Shown: in pieces, positions 20,362 through 32,043 of the stretch
Layout: each line of letters opens with the position of its first letter
Numbering within the stretch: position 1 is the stretch's first letter
NCBI GenBank assembly: GCA_963727895.1
Contig: CAVSHT010000009.1
Span: 192,001 to 256,000 of the forward strand
Source of the DNA: an uncultured Methanosarcinaceae archaeon
GTDB lineage: Archaea; Halobacteriota; Methanosarcinia; Methanosarcinales; Methanosarcinaceae
Length of the DNA stretch: 64,000 bases
Direction: 5' to 3'
The notes under the pieces: generated by a model
The model's input: the letters and a program-made list of their open reading frames with translations, nothing else
What the model was told of the DNA's origin: nothing
The model's database searches: none
Position numbers and translations under genes: made by a program

Positions 20362-22407
20362 ATGAAGAGATTTGTAGCAGTTACACTGGCTACTCTCATG
20401 CTTCTGACTGTATTTGCATCCGCTGCAATGGCTGATGATAATAATACAACCTCAGCAGTGAGTACAATTGAGATCCGTGGTCCAGTGTATAACGGCTCTA
20501 ATATTGCCGATATTCTTAACCAGAATGACGGTAACGTTACAATGGATGCTAATAAATTTGCAGCATTCTATTACGACCTTAACAACAATGTGACAACCGA
20601 GTCTCTTTCTATTAAGAATATTGCTGGCACTTCTGGCAGGACTATAGGAGAGAATGGTTTAGTATATACAACAACGATTGGACAGACCGATTACAAGTAC
20701 GGAGATTGGGGCAACTACAGTGTGCTCGGTTTCTTCGCAGACAAGTATATCCCACTCAAATATAACGACGCTAGCAAGCTTGCAAAGCTTGTTCTTGACA
20801 GCGATGACAAGTACACTCTGAAGACCGGAGATAAACTTGACCTTGGTGACGGATACACTCTCGAAGCCAAGCAAGTAGATGTTGATGGTAAGAAAGTCTG
20901 GCTTGAATTCGACAAGGATGGACAGTATGTGGATGACCAGATTGTCTCAACTGACTCTGGAGATAGCACCTGGACCTGTAAAGTTGACAACGTGCAGGGC
21001 GAAGATAATGTTCCTGTCCTGAAAGTCCACGTCAACCAGGTCTTCCAGGGTGCGGTCGACAGCATTGCTCAGGTCGATGGTCTCTGGCTAATTGACTACG
21101 CAAACGCTATTAAGATTGATACTAGCGATGAATTCGGCAAACTAAACAATGTAGCCATTAATGGCCCCACCATTACCATCAACAACAAAGATACATTCAC
21201 TCTGACTAGAGACTCTGATCAGGAAATTGGACAGGGATTATACTTCAGGGTTGCTGATTCCGATGCGCTCAGATTCTATGCCTTTAAGCAGCAAACAACT
21301 TCTGGAACCTATGATATAAGAGGAACCGTTGTTTCCGGCGAACAGTCTTACAATTGGACTTCAAACAACTTTGCTGGTTTCTTCTACGACCTAAATAAGA
21401 ATGTTGGAACCGAAACTTTGAGCGTCTCTGGCGTTAGCGGAAGAACTATTCCAAAATATGGCCTCAACTACAGCACCACTATAAAAAGTGTTGATTATAA
21501 GGCCAGTGATGTTTTCAATGGAACTTACCCAGTTCTCGGCTTCTTTGCGCAGAAGTATGTTCCTCTGAAATCCAATGATGCCAGCAAGCTTGCCAAGCTC
21601 GTTCTTGACAGTGATGACAAGTACACTCTAAAGACCGGAGATAAACTTGACCTTGGTGACGGATACACTCTCGAAGCCAAGCAGGTAGATGTTGACGGTA
21701 AGAAAGTCTGGCTTGAATTCGACAAGGACGGACAGTATGTGGACGACCAGATTGTCTCAACTGACTCTGGAGATGGAGTCTGGACCTCTAAAATTGACAA
21801 TGTACAGGGCGAAGACAATGTTCCTGTTCTGAAAGTCCATATCAACCAAGTATTCCAGGGCGCAGTCGACAGCATTGCACAGATTGATGGTCTCTGGCTC
21901 ATTGACTACGCAAACGCTATTAAGATCGATACTAGCAATGAATTCGGCAAACTTGATAATGTAGCTATCAATGGACCTACAATTACCATCAACAACAAAG
22001 ATACATTCAGTCTGACTAGAGATTCTGATCAGGAAATTGGGCAGGGAATGTACTTCAAGGTCGCCGACTCCGATGCACTCAGATATTACCCATACGTTCA
22101 GCAGACCCTCAGTAATGGGACAGTTGCAACCAGCTCGGGTAATACAAGCATCGATAACACAACAAGCGTCAATAGTACAACAAGTATCAATAACACGACT
22201 ACTCCAGCTGTAGGCAATGAAACCGCCCCGTCTGACAATATGACCAACGGAACACCAAGTGCACCTACAACTCCAGAAGAGACTCCTGCTACAAATAATA
22301 CAACAGCAACAAACACCTCTACTAAGAGTAAAACACCAGGATTCGAGATTCTACCTGGAATTATTGGACTTCTTGCAGTTGTCTACTTTGTCAGGAGGAA
22401 CAAGTAA
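20362..22407 (+). CDS. Methanosarcina-type S-layer protein (two DUF1608 repeats, Thr-rich linker, PGF-CTERM)
   Basis: Signal peptide, a near-identical internal duplication (FAxFxYDL..KLAKLVLDSDDKYTL), and C-terminal TPGFE-TM-RRNK. Confidence 0.95.
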   Translation: MKRFVAVTLATLMLLTVFASAAMADDNNTTSAVSTIEIRGPVYNGSNIADILNQNDGNVTMDANKFAAFYYDLNNNVTTESLSIKNIAGTSGRTIGENGLVYTTTIGQTDYKYGDWGNYSVLGFFADKYIPLKYNDASKLAKLVLDSDDKYTLKTGDKLDLGDGYTLEAKQVDVDGKKVWLEFDKDGQYVDDQIVSTDSGDSTWTCKVDNVQGEDNVPVLKVHVNQVFQGAVDSIAQVDGLWLIDYANAIKIDTSDEFGKLNNVAINGPTITINNKDTFTLTRDSDQEIGQGLYFRVADSDALRFYAFKQQTTSGTYDIRGTVVSGEQSYNWTSNNFAGFFYDLNKNVGTETLSVSGVSGRTIPKYGLNYSTTIKSVDYKASDVFNGTYPVLGFFAQKYVPLKSNDASKLAKLVLDSDDKYTLKTGDKLDLGDGYTLEAKQVDVDGKKVWLEFDKDGQYVDDQIVSTDSGDGVWTSKIDNVQGEDNVPVLKVHINQVFQGAVDSIAQIDGLWLIDYANAIKIDTSNEFGKLDNVAINGPTITINNKDTFSLTRDSDQEIGQGMYFKVADSDALRYYPYVQQTLSNGTVATSSGNTSIDNTTSVNSTTSINNTTTPAVGNETAPSDNMTNGTPSAPTTPEETPATNNTTATNTSTKSKTPGFEILPGIIGLLAVVYFVRRNK

Positions 22408-22418
22408 ATTTTCAGAGT

Positions 22419-22456
22419 GAAGGATTTTCTTAATCCTTCTTTCTTTTACTTTTTTA
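22419..22456 (+). terminator. Hairpin plus T-tract after S-layer gene
   Basis: gaaggatt..aatccttc followed by tttcttttactttttt. Confidence 0.6.
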
Positions 22457-22644
22457 CTAAAATTCTAATTGAATGATAGAATTCTACATTTGCCATCTTT
22501 TCCTATATAAAAATCAATAACTACATACATCGAGAAAAAGCAACTACATGTTTCGGAATATTTTTTACATATCCTAGTATTAGAAAAACAAGTTCCAAGG
22601 TAAAATTAGAAAAGTTACAAAGGCAAGAAAAATTAAGAAACAAT

Positions 22645-23331
22645 CTAATTTATTTTTCCTTTGACCTTCCACTTAAGAAGCAATCCTTCCTCGACTTTTT
22701 CAGCAGAAATAAGTTCAAGCCCAAGAAGTTCGGCTTCCGTGAATCCTTCTCCATCAGTAAAAGTTGGAGCTGTTTTTCCTCCTATTATAAGATTTCCAAC
22801 GAAAGTATAGACTTCATCAACAAGACCAGCTGAAAGCATTCCCCAATTCAAAGTTGCTCCTCCTTCAACCATTAGGGTGTTTATTCCTATTTCTTTTAAT
22901 TTTACCGTAAGCTCTGTAAGGTCAACTCTAAGAGTTCCTGTTTTAATAACTAAAGCCTTTTCTTCAAGGAGTTTAATCTTTTCTGTTGGAGCTGAATTTG
23001 AAATCGCAATTATTCTGAGACCTTCGCCTTTTTTAAATACATCAGCATCTAAAGGAATCCTTGCTCTGCTGTCAACAATAATCCTTGCTGGATTTTCACT
23101 TTTTCCTGCGGCTTTTCTGGATGCCTGTCTCTCTACAGACTTTACAGTTAAGCTTGGATCATCCGAAAGGACAGTTCCTATCCCTACCATAACTGCATCT
23201 ACCTGGGCTCGGAGTTCATCAACTCTTTCAAAATCTAGTTTTCCGGAGATTCGGACCTGTTTTCTTTCTTTTGTTGAAAGTTTCCCATCAGCGGACATTG
23301 CGGAATTAATAAAAATAAAAGGTCTATCCAT
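22645..23331 (-). CDS. arfC: 2,5-diamino-6-ribosylamino-4(3H)-pyrimidinone 5'-phosphate reductase (RibD C-terminal type)
   Basis: AMSADGK, VGIGTVLSDDPSL and VEGGATL. Confidence 0.9.
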   Translation of the reverse strand: MDRPFIFINSAMSADGKLSTKERKQVRISGKLDFERVDELRAQVDAVMVGIGTVLSDDPSLTVKSVERQASRKAAGKSENPARIIVDSRARIPLDADVFKKGEGLRIIAISNSAPTEKIKLLEEKALVIKTGTLRVDLTELTVKLKEIGINTLMVEGGATLNWGMLSAGLVDEVYTFVGNLIIGGKTAPTFTDGEGFTEAELLGLELISAEKVEEGLLLKWKVKGKIN

Positions 23332-23471
23332 TTTTTGGACTCCTGAAAAAGTAGTTTTAAGAGAAGTATTTCTCGAAAAAACTTCCTATTTGAAGGATTC
23401 TTAACAGGTTTCAAATATTCTTAATCAATCAGCATCTCATTAAAAAAGTATAATAAGAAAATTTGATTTAT

Positions 23472-24326
23472 TTATTCCATTTCTATTAAAGGCTTCAGTA
23501 GATCATGGTCTCTTAAAAGCCCTTGAAGCTTCCTGTTTGAGTTAATGATAGGAACCTGATCAATTCTGTTTCTCTTCATTTTACGTGCGCAGTCGCTGAC
23601 AGATGTAATATATGTAGCTGTAACTGGTTCCTTGATCATTATATCACTTCCAATAAGATTAGGAACCTTAATCCTGGAGACGCTGTAGTAGATGCTCATA
23701 GTATCTCGCATAGACTCCCAGGTCCAAGCATCGTCATCCTGACCTGCAGACATATTTGACATCTCTACACTATCTTCAATTACGCTGGAAGCAATAACGT
23801 CACGATCCGATATTATTCCTACGAGCTCCAAGTTTGCATCAAGTACCGGGACAGCCTTGACACCTGAAAGCTCCATAATTCTAGCAGCAACGGGGAGTGG
23901 TGTTCCACTGTAAACAGCAACTACTTCCTTTTCTACATAATCCTTTATTGGAATATCGATATTCATATCTGCAATTGCACCCACAATGTCTGCCACAGTA
24001 ACAAGTCCCACAAGTTTCCCGTCATCTACTACTGGAAGCCTTCTGATGTTGTGTTCTAAAAGCAAGCGTGCTGCAATCTGCAGATCCGATCCAGAAGATA
24101 TAGTTATTGGATCTCTTGTCATAAGAAGAGCCAATTGTTCTTCTTCAGGGTTTTGTAAAAGGTTTGTTCTGGTTACAACTCCCACAACTTTAGAGTCTTT
24201 AAGTACCGGCACTCCAGAAATATGTTTATTTTTAAGAATTTTTAAAACTTCGTCCCTTGAGCCTGGAAGCGTTGCACTAGCTACGTCCCTTACCATAATA
24301 TCTTCAATGAAGATGCTTTTTGGCAT
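23472..24326 (-). CDS. CBS domain protein (four CBS)
   Basis: Repeated ISGVPV / IRRLPVVD / IDQVPI CBS motifs. Confidence 0.9.
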   Translation of the reverse strand: MPKSIFIEDIMVRDVASATLPGSRDEVLKILKNKHISGVPVLKDSKVVGVVTRTNLLQNPEEEQLALLMTRDPITISSGSDLQIAARLLLEHNIRRLPVVDDGKLVGLVTVADIVGAIADMNIDIPIKDYVEKEVVAVYSGTPLPVAARIMELSGVKAVPVLDANLELVGIISDRDVIASSVIEDSVEMSNMSAGQDDDAWTWESMRDTMSIYYSVSRIKVPNLIGSDIMIKEPVTATYITSVSDCARKMKRNRIDQVPIINSNRKLQGLLRDHDLLKPLIEME

Positions 24327-24405
24327 GTAATCTACACCTATCTCTAAATCCTAGTTTTGTTCTCCCACGTTTTATTTCTCAAAAGGCTTTAATTGACAGA
24401 AAGTC

Positions 24406-24855
24406 TTAACTCTGCTTTTCACTCCGGACAACCATAACCGGAACTTTTGAGTTTCTCACTACATTCTCTGCAACACTTCCCATCAAAAATCTGTCGAGAC
24501 CTGTTTTGCCGAGAGTACCCACAACTATTAGGTCAATATCATTATTCTCAGCGAAATTTATAATCTCATTGCTTGGGTGACCTTCCAACAGGACTCCTCT
24601 TACCTCAACCCCTGAAGCTTCTCCGCATTCCTTAACTTCGGATATTGCTTTCTCTCCCTCCTCTTTCAGAGTGTCATACATTGTTTCCCAGCCAGCATCC
24701 ATAGGTAGCGAAGAAAAAGAAGTCATATCTACCACGTAAAGACCATGTACCGTAGCCCCACTAAGTTTTGCAATCTCAATACCATATGAGATAGCTTTAA
24801 GGCTATTTTTGGATCCGTCTGTTGCAATCAATATATTCCTGTAAAATTCACTCAT
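24406..24855 (-). CDS. Universal stress protein
   Basis: ILIATDGS and DLIVVGTLG..GSVAENVVR. Confidence 0.95.
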   Translation of the reverse strand: MSEFYRNILIATDGSKNSLKAISYGIEIAKLSGATVHGLYVVDMTSFSSLPMDAGWETMYDTLKEEGEKAISEVKECGEASGVEVRGVLLEGHPSNEIINFAENNDIDLIVVGTLGKTGLDRFLMGSVAENVVRNSKVPVMVVRSEKQS

Positions 24856-24876
24856 CTTATTTGTTCTCCATTTTCT

Positions 24877-25986
24877 TTAAGAATGAAATACTGATAATAT
24901 GTCATCGGGTCTTGCCCGCCTTGTGATTCCATTTATAGGGTTCTTTATCCCTAAAAGATTATTGGAATTTCCATTAAGGATCATAAGATTAGCTTTATTC
25001 CCCTTTTGTATCGAATTTATAGAATCATGCCCCATTACAAAAGACCCATTAAGTGTGCAAATTTTAAATACTTGTCTATCGTCAAGTGAAAAAACTTTGG
25101 ACATAAATTCCATTTCAGCAAACATATTTACAGAATTTAACATTACATTATCTGTTCCTGCAGCTACTTGTATTCCAGCTTCGAGCATATCGGCTATAGG
25201 TGCCATTCCGACTCCTGTAATGAAGTTAGACCTGGGGCAGACAACAACTGGAATTTTCGCATCAGCCACAGATTCCAGATCTCTTTTTGTAGCTTTTGTC
25301 AGATGAATAAGAAGATCAGGTTCGAGTGATAATGCTTTTTCTATGTCGCTTGTATCTTTTTCTCCTGCATGAATCGCAAAGAATTTATTATGTTGGCGTG
25401 TAAAGGTAGCTATATTCTCCAATAGTTCGAGATCAAGATCATTTGTCCCACTCATTCCGAGACCATTAGAACTTAACAAAATTCTTTGGACTTCCGCCAG
25501 TACTACCTGAAGAGGTAATTCAGGTTCTGCAGGTCTACTCAATACCATAGAACGAAGTTTAATTTCTTCGAGAGCTTTATTCAAAGCCGCTACACCTACA
25601 ACACCCCCCTCTCTGAAATCCGCAAAAGCACATGTACCTGTTTCTACCATATCCATTAGGGACTTTTTCATACACTCGATAATGGTTTTGTATGGCGTTT
25701 CTCTTAAAATTTTATGTTTTAACCCATCAGGAGGCTTTACCAAGGCATCCAGATCTTTTTGAATTTTGAATCCAGAAACTTTTCCCAGTGTGGGATCTTT
25801 GAATACTGAATCTCCAAGGTGAGTATGAGCATTGACAAAACAGGGAGCTATTATGTTGGTAGAGTGTGTATGTTCCTCTCCAATCTCTGTAATAATCCCT
25901 TTATTTATACAGATATACCCTTCAATAGGTTCTAGGTCAGAACCTGCAATAATTGTTCCAGAAATTATCTGTTCAGTGCCATACAT
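24877..25986 (-). CDS. Amidohydrolase/deaminase family protein
   Basis: NAHTH, IHAGE, CPRSN and GTDN. Confidence 0.9.
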   Translation of the reverse strand: MYGTEQIISGTIIAGSDLEPIEGYICINKGIITEIGEEHTHSTNIIAPCFVNAHTHLGDSVFKDPTLGKVSGFKIQKDLDALVKPPDGLKHKILRETPYKTIIECMKKSLMDMVETGTCAFADFREGGVVGVAALNKALEEIKLRSMVLSRPAEPELPLQVVLAEVQRILLSSNGLGMSGTNDLDLELLENIATFTRQHNKFFAIHAGEKDTSDIEKALSLEPDLLIHLTKATKRDLESVADAKIPVVVCPRSNFITGVGMAPIADMLEAGIQVAAGTDNVMLNSVNMFAEMEFMSKVFSLDDRQVFKICTLNGSFVMGHDSINSIQKGNKANLMILNGNSNNLLGIKNPINGITRRARPDDILSVFHS

Positions 25987-26270
25987 ATCTACGCACCTCA
26001 GCTATTCATTAAATATAATACTTAACTTGCGAAAGAGCAAATATCTAAATAATATAAAATATTTTTTGATAGTTTTAAAAATGTAATAATTTTTATAATA
26101 ATGCAATATAAATAGGATGCAAATTAAGTTTTATTGCTTTTATGAAAGGTTGCTCGTTTTTATGAGAAACTGACCTTTAATCTAAATATCTCCTATAAAT
26201 ATATATGCAATAGAGTTAAACCATACATCACCGATATTTATATATATTAATGGAGATATAATGGGACTTT

Positions 26271-26443
26271 AGCGCATTGTATAGGTCCTTGCACGAGATA
26301 ATGGAAAATCCTGACTATGAGTGTATAGACAACCCCAATGCGGTACATTGATAGTGTAACATTGCCCGGCACGAGGGTAACTGAAAGTGACTGCGGAAAA
26401 CCAGAGGATGAACTTTCGGAGTTAGTGCGCCAGGGCTACAGCA
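26271..26443 (+). ncRNA. Candidate two-hairpin box H/ACA guide RNA
   Basis: Stem cgcattg/caatgcg then ACA (26345-47). Stems gccc,gcac/gtgc,gggc then ACA (26438-40). GA..TGA K-turn-like motifs in both hairpins, a TATA upstream and a T-tract downstream. Confidence 0.75.
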
Positions 26444-26592
26444 CTATTTCTTTTGATATTAAAAAATCCAGGTGGGGACTTTAGTAATTAAAGTTAAAAC
26501 TTTAGTAATCAAATTTCAGTTTTCCTTCTTTAATTGGTTAATAAATAAATTCGTTATTGAGATATAGAATACCTCGAGAAAGGTAAAAGAAT

Positions 26593-26910
26593 ATGGCTTT
26601 CGAAGAGGCAATAACAGATCTAGGTTCTAACATAATCATTGATATTGAGGTTACTCCCGGTTCTAAGTCAATTTCGGTTCCTAGCAGTTATAATGAGTGG
26701 CGTAAACGAATTGAAGTAAAACTAACTAAAAATGCCCAGAAAGGAAAGGCAAATGAACAGCTTGTGGAATGTCTTGCTGATCTCTTCGGGATTAGTAGCT
26801 CGAATATTCAGATAAATAGTGGGGCAACGAGCAGTAAAAAGTCTTTATTGATAAGAGGAGTTTCATATCAACAGGCAGTTTCAATTCTAGAAGCCCATTT
26901 AAAGAAATAA
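26593..26910 (+). CDS. DUF167/UPF0235 (YggU-like) protein
   Basis: IEVTPGS, KGKANEQL and SGATSSKK. Confidence 0.9.
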   Translation: MAFEEAITDLGSNIIIDIEVTPGSKSISVPSSYNEWRKRIEVKLTKNAQKGKANEQLVECLADLFGISSSNIQINSGATSSKKSLLIRGVSYQQAVSILEAHLKK

Positions 26911-27044
26911 AACCAAGTTATCAAGAAAAATAAAATATTATGAAAGAATCATGTTTAAAATAAATTTTTAGTTATTTTATAAGTGAAATATGGTATCCTT
27001 GAAATTCTAATAATAAAAGGAATAATAAAAGGATTCCAGAAAAC

Positions 27045-27476
27045 GTGACTGATTTAGAAATTTATAGAAAGAGACTTGAAAGAATTGAAGAACTGCTTTC
27101 CGAAATCTCCGAATACGCTGAAAAGGGAGCAATTATCATCGTTGAAGGAAAAAAAGATGTTCTCTCACTGAAAAAGCTTGGAATTGAAGGCAATTTTGAA
27201 CTTGCAACTCGAGACTCTCTTTTTAATTTTTCAGAGAGAATTACCCAGCTTGGTAGCGAAGTAGTTATATTGACTGATTGGGATAGAAGAGGTGACCTTC
27301 TGGCTACAAAGCTTTCAGGATACTTTGAAAGTTTTGGTCTGAACCCTGAACTTGATATTCGAAATAAACTCAGGTTCATAGTTCAAAAAGACATTAAAGA
27401 TGTTGAAAGTCTGTATACCTATGTTTCGAAGTTGAGATTGAAAACAGGCTCCTGCTCAAATCAGGATTTCCAATAA
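27045..27476 (+). CDS. Toprim domain protein (UPF0292)
   Basis: IIVEGKKD and LTDWDRRG. Confidence 0.9.
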   Translation: MTDLEIYRKRLERIEELLSEISEYAEKGAIIIVEGKKDVLSLKKLGIEGNFELATRDSLFNFSERITQLGSEVVILTDWDRRGDLLATKLSGYFESFGLNPELDIRNKLRFIVQKDIKDVESLYTYVSKLRLKTGSCSNQDFQ

Positions 27477-27567
27477 GTATATTAAAAAAGGGAAATTAAA
27501 AGGTAAATTTTAAGAGATTAAGTTCAAAAACTAATATTAAAGCTGATATTAATTTTTGAAGGCGTTT

Positions 27568-27984
27568 TTATTCTTTATGCATGGGACTTGAAGATTCTCT
27601 GCTCTCCTGAATGATTTCCATATTTTGTGGACTTTTTTGATGGTTAAACGTCCGATCAAATTCTGGATACTTTGGAAACTTAACAGACAGTTCCTCAAAC
27701 ATTTTATGCCTGGGACTAATAATTATTATATGAGCAGGAGGATGAATTTTCTTCAGCCTGCTAATTGCCGCCCCTGCATGATTATTCAACTCAACTAGTG
27801 CTGCAGAGTTACATTTTGATTTGAGGGATACTCCCATCACATTAACAAGAAGCTCATCAGCATAGTTTGGCTCTATACATTTTGGAGTAGCCGAAAATTG
27901 AATATGTCCATATCGTTCTAGATCATGTAAGGCTATTTTTACTTTGTCCGAATCGTCTGCCCGGACTAATGCGAATGATTTCAT
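27568..27984 (-). CDS. DUF356 family protein
   Basis: LVRADD..ALHDLERYG and KIHPPAHIIIIS. Confidence 0.8.
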   Translation of the reverse strand: MKSFALVRADDSDKVKIALHDLERYGHIQFSATPKCIEPNYADELLVNVMGVSLKSKCNSAALVELNNHAGAAISRLKKIHPPAHIIIISPRHKMFEELSVKFPKYPEFDRTFNHQKSPQNMEIIQESRESSSPMHKE

Positions 27985-29195
27985 TTTTTACACACCACCA
28001 ATTACTGAAGTTATCCCCATTTGGATATGGATCTACCCCTATAATAATCTTTGTGTATCAAAGATGCTGAACAGCCAAGTTTTTTCATAAATTTCGGGTC
28101 ATTTATGTTTTTATAATCGCTTTTAAAGCGCTATAAATGGTCTGTCCACTAGTTATAATACTAGATATTTTAGAGAAGATATTCTCAAAATTATAAGGGG
28201 TACCATGAAATTTCTTTTTTCAGATATAGTATATGCTTCCAGGTTATGAAGCAAAGTTATTTTGTAGTTAGATTCATCGTATATATATTCGTTTTGAAAT
28301 AATATCAAGTAAAAAAAGATGTTTAAAAATTATAAGTGTGTATATAAATTAAATAATTTTTTTATTAATACCACCCTTTGGCAAAAGAAAATTAAATAAG
28401 TAATGTTAAGCAAATGTTTACAAAAAATTAATTTATATGAATAGCTAATTGGGTAAGACCTGTACAGAATAAGTTAAAATTTTTTAATAAAAGATAGAAG
28501 TTTGGATACAAAGTGTTTTATTTCTTTTTTATAAGAACTTTATTAATTAAAAATACTAAGTGATAATATATATTCAAAATGATCAAAAAATTCAAAGATA
28601 AAATATCAACCACTTATTTATGGACGACTGATTGATTGAAAGTAAACATTAATAAGACAAGAGCTTACTTCAGATAAGTTTAAAATAAAGAACGTGTTTT
28701 AAAACACTCGATTTTCATAAAAATCAGGGTAAAACATCAAGAGTTAAATTTTTAAATTATAACATTGCAGCTAAAATGTACTTTATAAGTATGCTTTATA
28801 ATATGAGATCTATTAATTGGAACTTCTGTATTATACCTTAAAGAAGGTACAAAAAAGAAATAAAGATACCACAAAACGGTCTTTACTCTTTTTTCGTCAC
28901 ACATATTATTTCTAATGTAGTGGAAAGGATTAATAGATACATAATGATTATGAATATACCCTTGATATTTAACGAAAAATGAATCTTTAGTTTAATTCCA
29001 ATATACAATCAAACTTCAATTATTATTCAATATTAAATTCCATTACTCAGAATTCAAAAATAAGATCCACTATTTACACAACCAATACCTAACATTGAAC
29101 CTTCAATAGTAAATTGAGTGACGCAGTTACAAAGCTTGATTGTCCTGCTCTCAAATTAGAATATTCAGAGTTAATATATCAGATGGTGTGAGTAT

Positions 29196-30540
29196 ATGGC
29201 TGAAGATATTAAAACTAAGGTAATACAGGCAAAAAAGGCATCAATAGAACTTTCCAGTGTAAACACAGAAATAAAAAACAGAGCTCTTGAGACCATGGCT
29301 CAAGCTCTGGACAAAGAAAGGAAAGCCATAATAGAAGCAAACGCAAAAGATCTTGAATATGCAGCGGAACTGAAAAAGAAAGGAAAGCTAACTCAGGCGC
29401 TTGTGGACAGACTTAAAGTAAGCGACTCAAAGATTGATGGAATGATTGCAGGAATTAGAGATGTAATAAAGTTAAAAGATCCAGTAGGAGATACCCTGTC
29501 TACTCTTGAACTGGACAAAAATCTGATACTTTATCAAGTGAGTTGTCCAATTGGCCTTATAGGAGTTATCTTTGAATCCCGACCTGATGTGGTGCCTCAG
29601 GTTATGTCTCTTTGCCTTAAGAGCGGGAACGCGACAATCTTTAAAGGTGGAAGCGAAGCTCGAGAGTCTAACCGCACTATATTTCAAATTCTTGTAAAAG
29701 CAATAGAATCTACCGACGGTATGCCAGCAGATGCGTTCCAGCTTATGGAAACCAGAGAAGAAATAATGGATCTTTTGAGCCTGGATGCCTACGTAGACCT
29801 CCTGATTCCCAGAGGATCAAACGAGTTTGTAAAGTTCATCCAGGAAAATACGAAGATTCCGGTACTCGGGCATACAAGTGGGATCTGCCATATCTATGTG
29901 GATGAGTATGCAGATCTCGATATAGCCTGGAAAGTCTGCTTCGATGCGAAAGTACAATATCCTGCTGTGTGCAATGCTATTGAAACCCTTCTGATAAACC
30001 GTAAGATTGCAGACGCTTTCCTGCCGAAAATGGCAGAGATGTACCTTGGTGCAGAGGTCGAACTGCGCTGTGATCAGGATACATACTCACTACTTGAAAA
30101 AAGAGGGACTTTCTCCTTTATCAAAGGCTACGGAAGAAGACTGGAGCCTGGAATACAATGACCTAATTCTTTCAATAAAAGTAGTTGACAATATAAAAGA
30201 AGCAATTGATCACATAAACACATTCGGTTCCCACCATACCGATGGAATAATAACTGAAGATGCCTTAAGAAGAAAAAAGTTTACAGGGCTTGTTGATTCT
30301 TCGAGTGTTATGGTAAACGCATCAACCCGTTTTGCGGACGGTTATCGCTATGGAAAAGGAGCTGAGGTTGGGATCAGCACAAACAAAATTCATTCTCGTG
30401 GACCTGTAGGCATGGAAGGACTACTGATCTACAAATATATATTACTTGGAAAAGGGCAAATTGTTGCAGATTATGCAGGAGAAAATGCAAAGCCCTATAC
30501 TCACAAGAAACTTAACCTTAAGTTTGAAGATGTAAACTGA
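29196..30540 (+). CDS. proA: Gamma-glutamyl phosphate reductase, frameshifted in an A-run near 30100
   Basis: IFESRP, LKSGNA, PRG and CNAIET. C-terminus [21 protein letters not shown] is in the second ORF. Confidence 0.95.
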
Positions 30541-30667
30541 ACCCTTACAGAATAGTTATATATATGAATAGAAAATATCAGCGCAAATTGATTGCACCAA
30601 TGGAAATCAGGATTGTGACTGTAGTGATCTGAGCCACATTTTCAAAATACTTTACGGGGCCTTGTGA

Positions 30668-31825
30668 TTGACAGATAGAAATCAATTTCTCAATGATGTT
30701 AATAAAATCGTAATCAAGATCGGCACTTCCTCAATTACAAAAAATAACTGTGATAGTACGAAAGAAAACTGCAGTATTGATCCTACATTTATGGAAAACA
30801 TTGCAGCTCAGGTTTCCGAACTTAGAAAACGTGGAAAAGAAGTAATTATAGTAAGTTCGGGGGCAATAGGTGTGGGGCTATATGAATTGGGCATTGCCCC
30901 AAAACCTCGTGAAATTCCTATACGGCAGGCAGCTGCATCTGTGGGGCAGAGCATTCTAATGCAATACTGGAGTGAAGCATTTTCAAAATACGGAATAAAA
31001 GTTGCTCAGATCCTACTTACATATGAATTTTATTCTGATCGAGTATCTTACCTTAACCTCAGAAACAGTATATCCACTCTTCTGGAGTATGGGGTAGTTC
31101 CCATAATAAATGAAAACGACTGTACCTGTACAAACGAGATTGACGCCATTTTCGGAGATAACGACAAACTCTCCGCAATGGTTGCAAGTAAGATTGATGC
31201 TGATCTTCTGATTATTCTTTCGGATATTGACGGCCTTTTTGACAAGAATCCAAAAACACATAAAGATGCCAGACTTATTTCTCTCGTCGAAAAAATTACT
31301 CCTGAAATCGAAAGCTATGGTGGCGATCCTACAAGCTTTAAGGGAGTAGGAGGAATGAGGACCAAGATAAAGGCCGCAAAGATCTGCAGTATGGCAGGAT
31401 GCTATGTTTTGATCACAAATAGTGAGATTAAGGATGTAATTTTAAAAATTATATATGGGGATGAAATCGGAACTCTTTTCTTAGCTGAAAGGCATATCCA
31501 GAAAAACCGTGCACGTTGGATTATTCTTGCAAGAGCCTCAGGTACTATTCGTGTAGATGCAGGAGCAAAAGCCGCAATCCTGGAAAAAAACAGCCTTCTT
31601 CCAGCAGGAATTACAGATGTAGATGGGAGTTTTGACAGAGGAGATGTGGTGAGACTAGAATGTGAAGGCAGGATCTTTGCAAAAGGGATTACAGATTATA
31701 CATCAGAAGAACTTATGAAAATTAAAGGAGCGCATACAGACGAAATAGAGGGACTTCTGGGCTATAATAATTACAGCAATGTAATAAAAAAAGAAAACAT
31801 AGGCCTACTGGAAGAATTTAATTAA
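30668..31825 (+). CDS. proB: Glutamate 5-kinase with PUA domain
   Basis: IKIGTSS, VSSGA, INEND, FGDND and GGMRTK. Confidence 0.95.
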   Translation: MTDRNQFLNDVNKIVIKIGTSSITKNNCDSTKENCSIDPTFMENIAAQVSELRKRGKEVIIVSSGAIGVGLYELGIAPKPREIPIRQAAASVGQSILMQYWSEAFSKYGIKVAQILLTYEFYSDRVSYLNLRNSISTLLEYGVVPIINENDCTCTNEIDAIFGDNDKLSAMVASKIDADLLIILSDIDGLFDKNPKTHKDARLISLVEKITPEIESYGGDPTSFKGVGGMRTKIKAAKICSMAGCYVLITNSEIKDVILKIIYGDEIGTLFLAERHIQKNRARWIILARASGTIRVDAGAKAAILEKNSLLPAGITDVDGSFDRGDVVRLECEGRIFAKGITDYTSEELMKIKGAHTDEIEGLLGYNNYSNVIKKENIGLLEEFN

Positions 31826-32043
31826 GTTTCCAGAATATCCAAAGAACTAAAATGGATTTTCAAGCTTTTTGAAAAATTTAAATAAATTTTTTGTATTTCG
31901 GGAGCTTTTATTAATTTAGATTGTTCTTTAAAAGAATCAAACTTCGAAATTTCTTTAAATTACTCAATACTAACCAAGAATAAGTTTTGAGACAATCGCC
32001 TCAAATGATTATTACATTTATTTTGAAAGATAGGAGAAATTAT

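Noticed and set aside
20770..22080. Large near-identical duplication
   Set aside because: This is the normal tandem DUF1608 architecture of the S-layer protein.
27990..29190. 1.2-kb AT-rich gap with palindrome gtgttttaaaacac as a possible replication origin
   Set aside because: No ORB-like repeats and no cdc6. Long AT-rich spacers are common in Methanosarcina.
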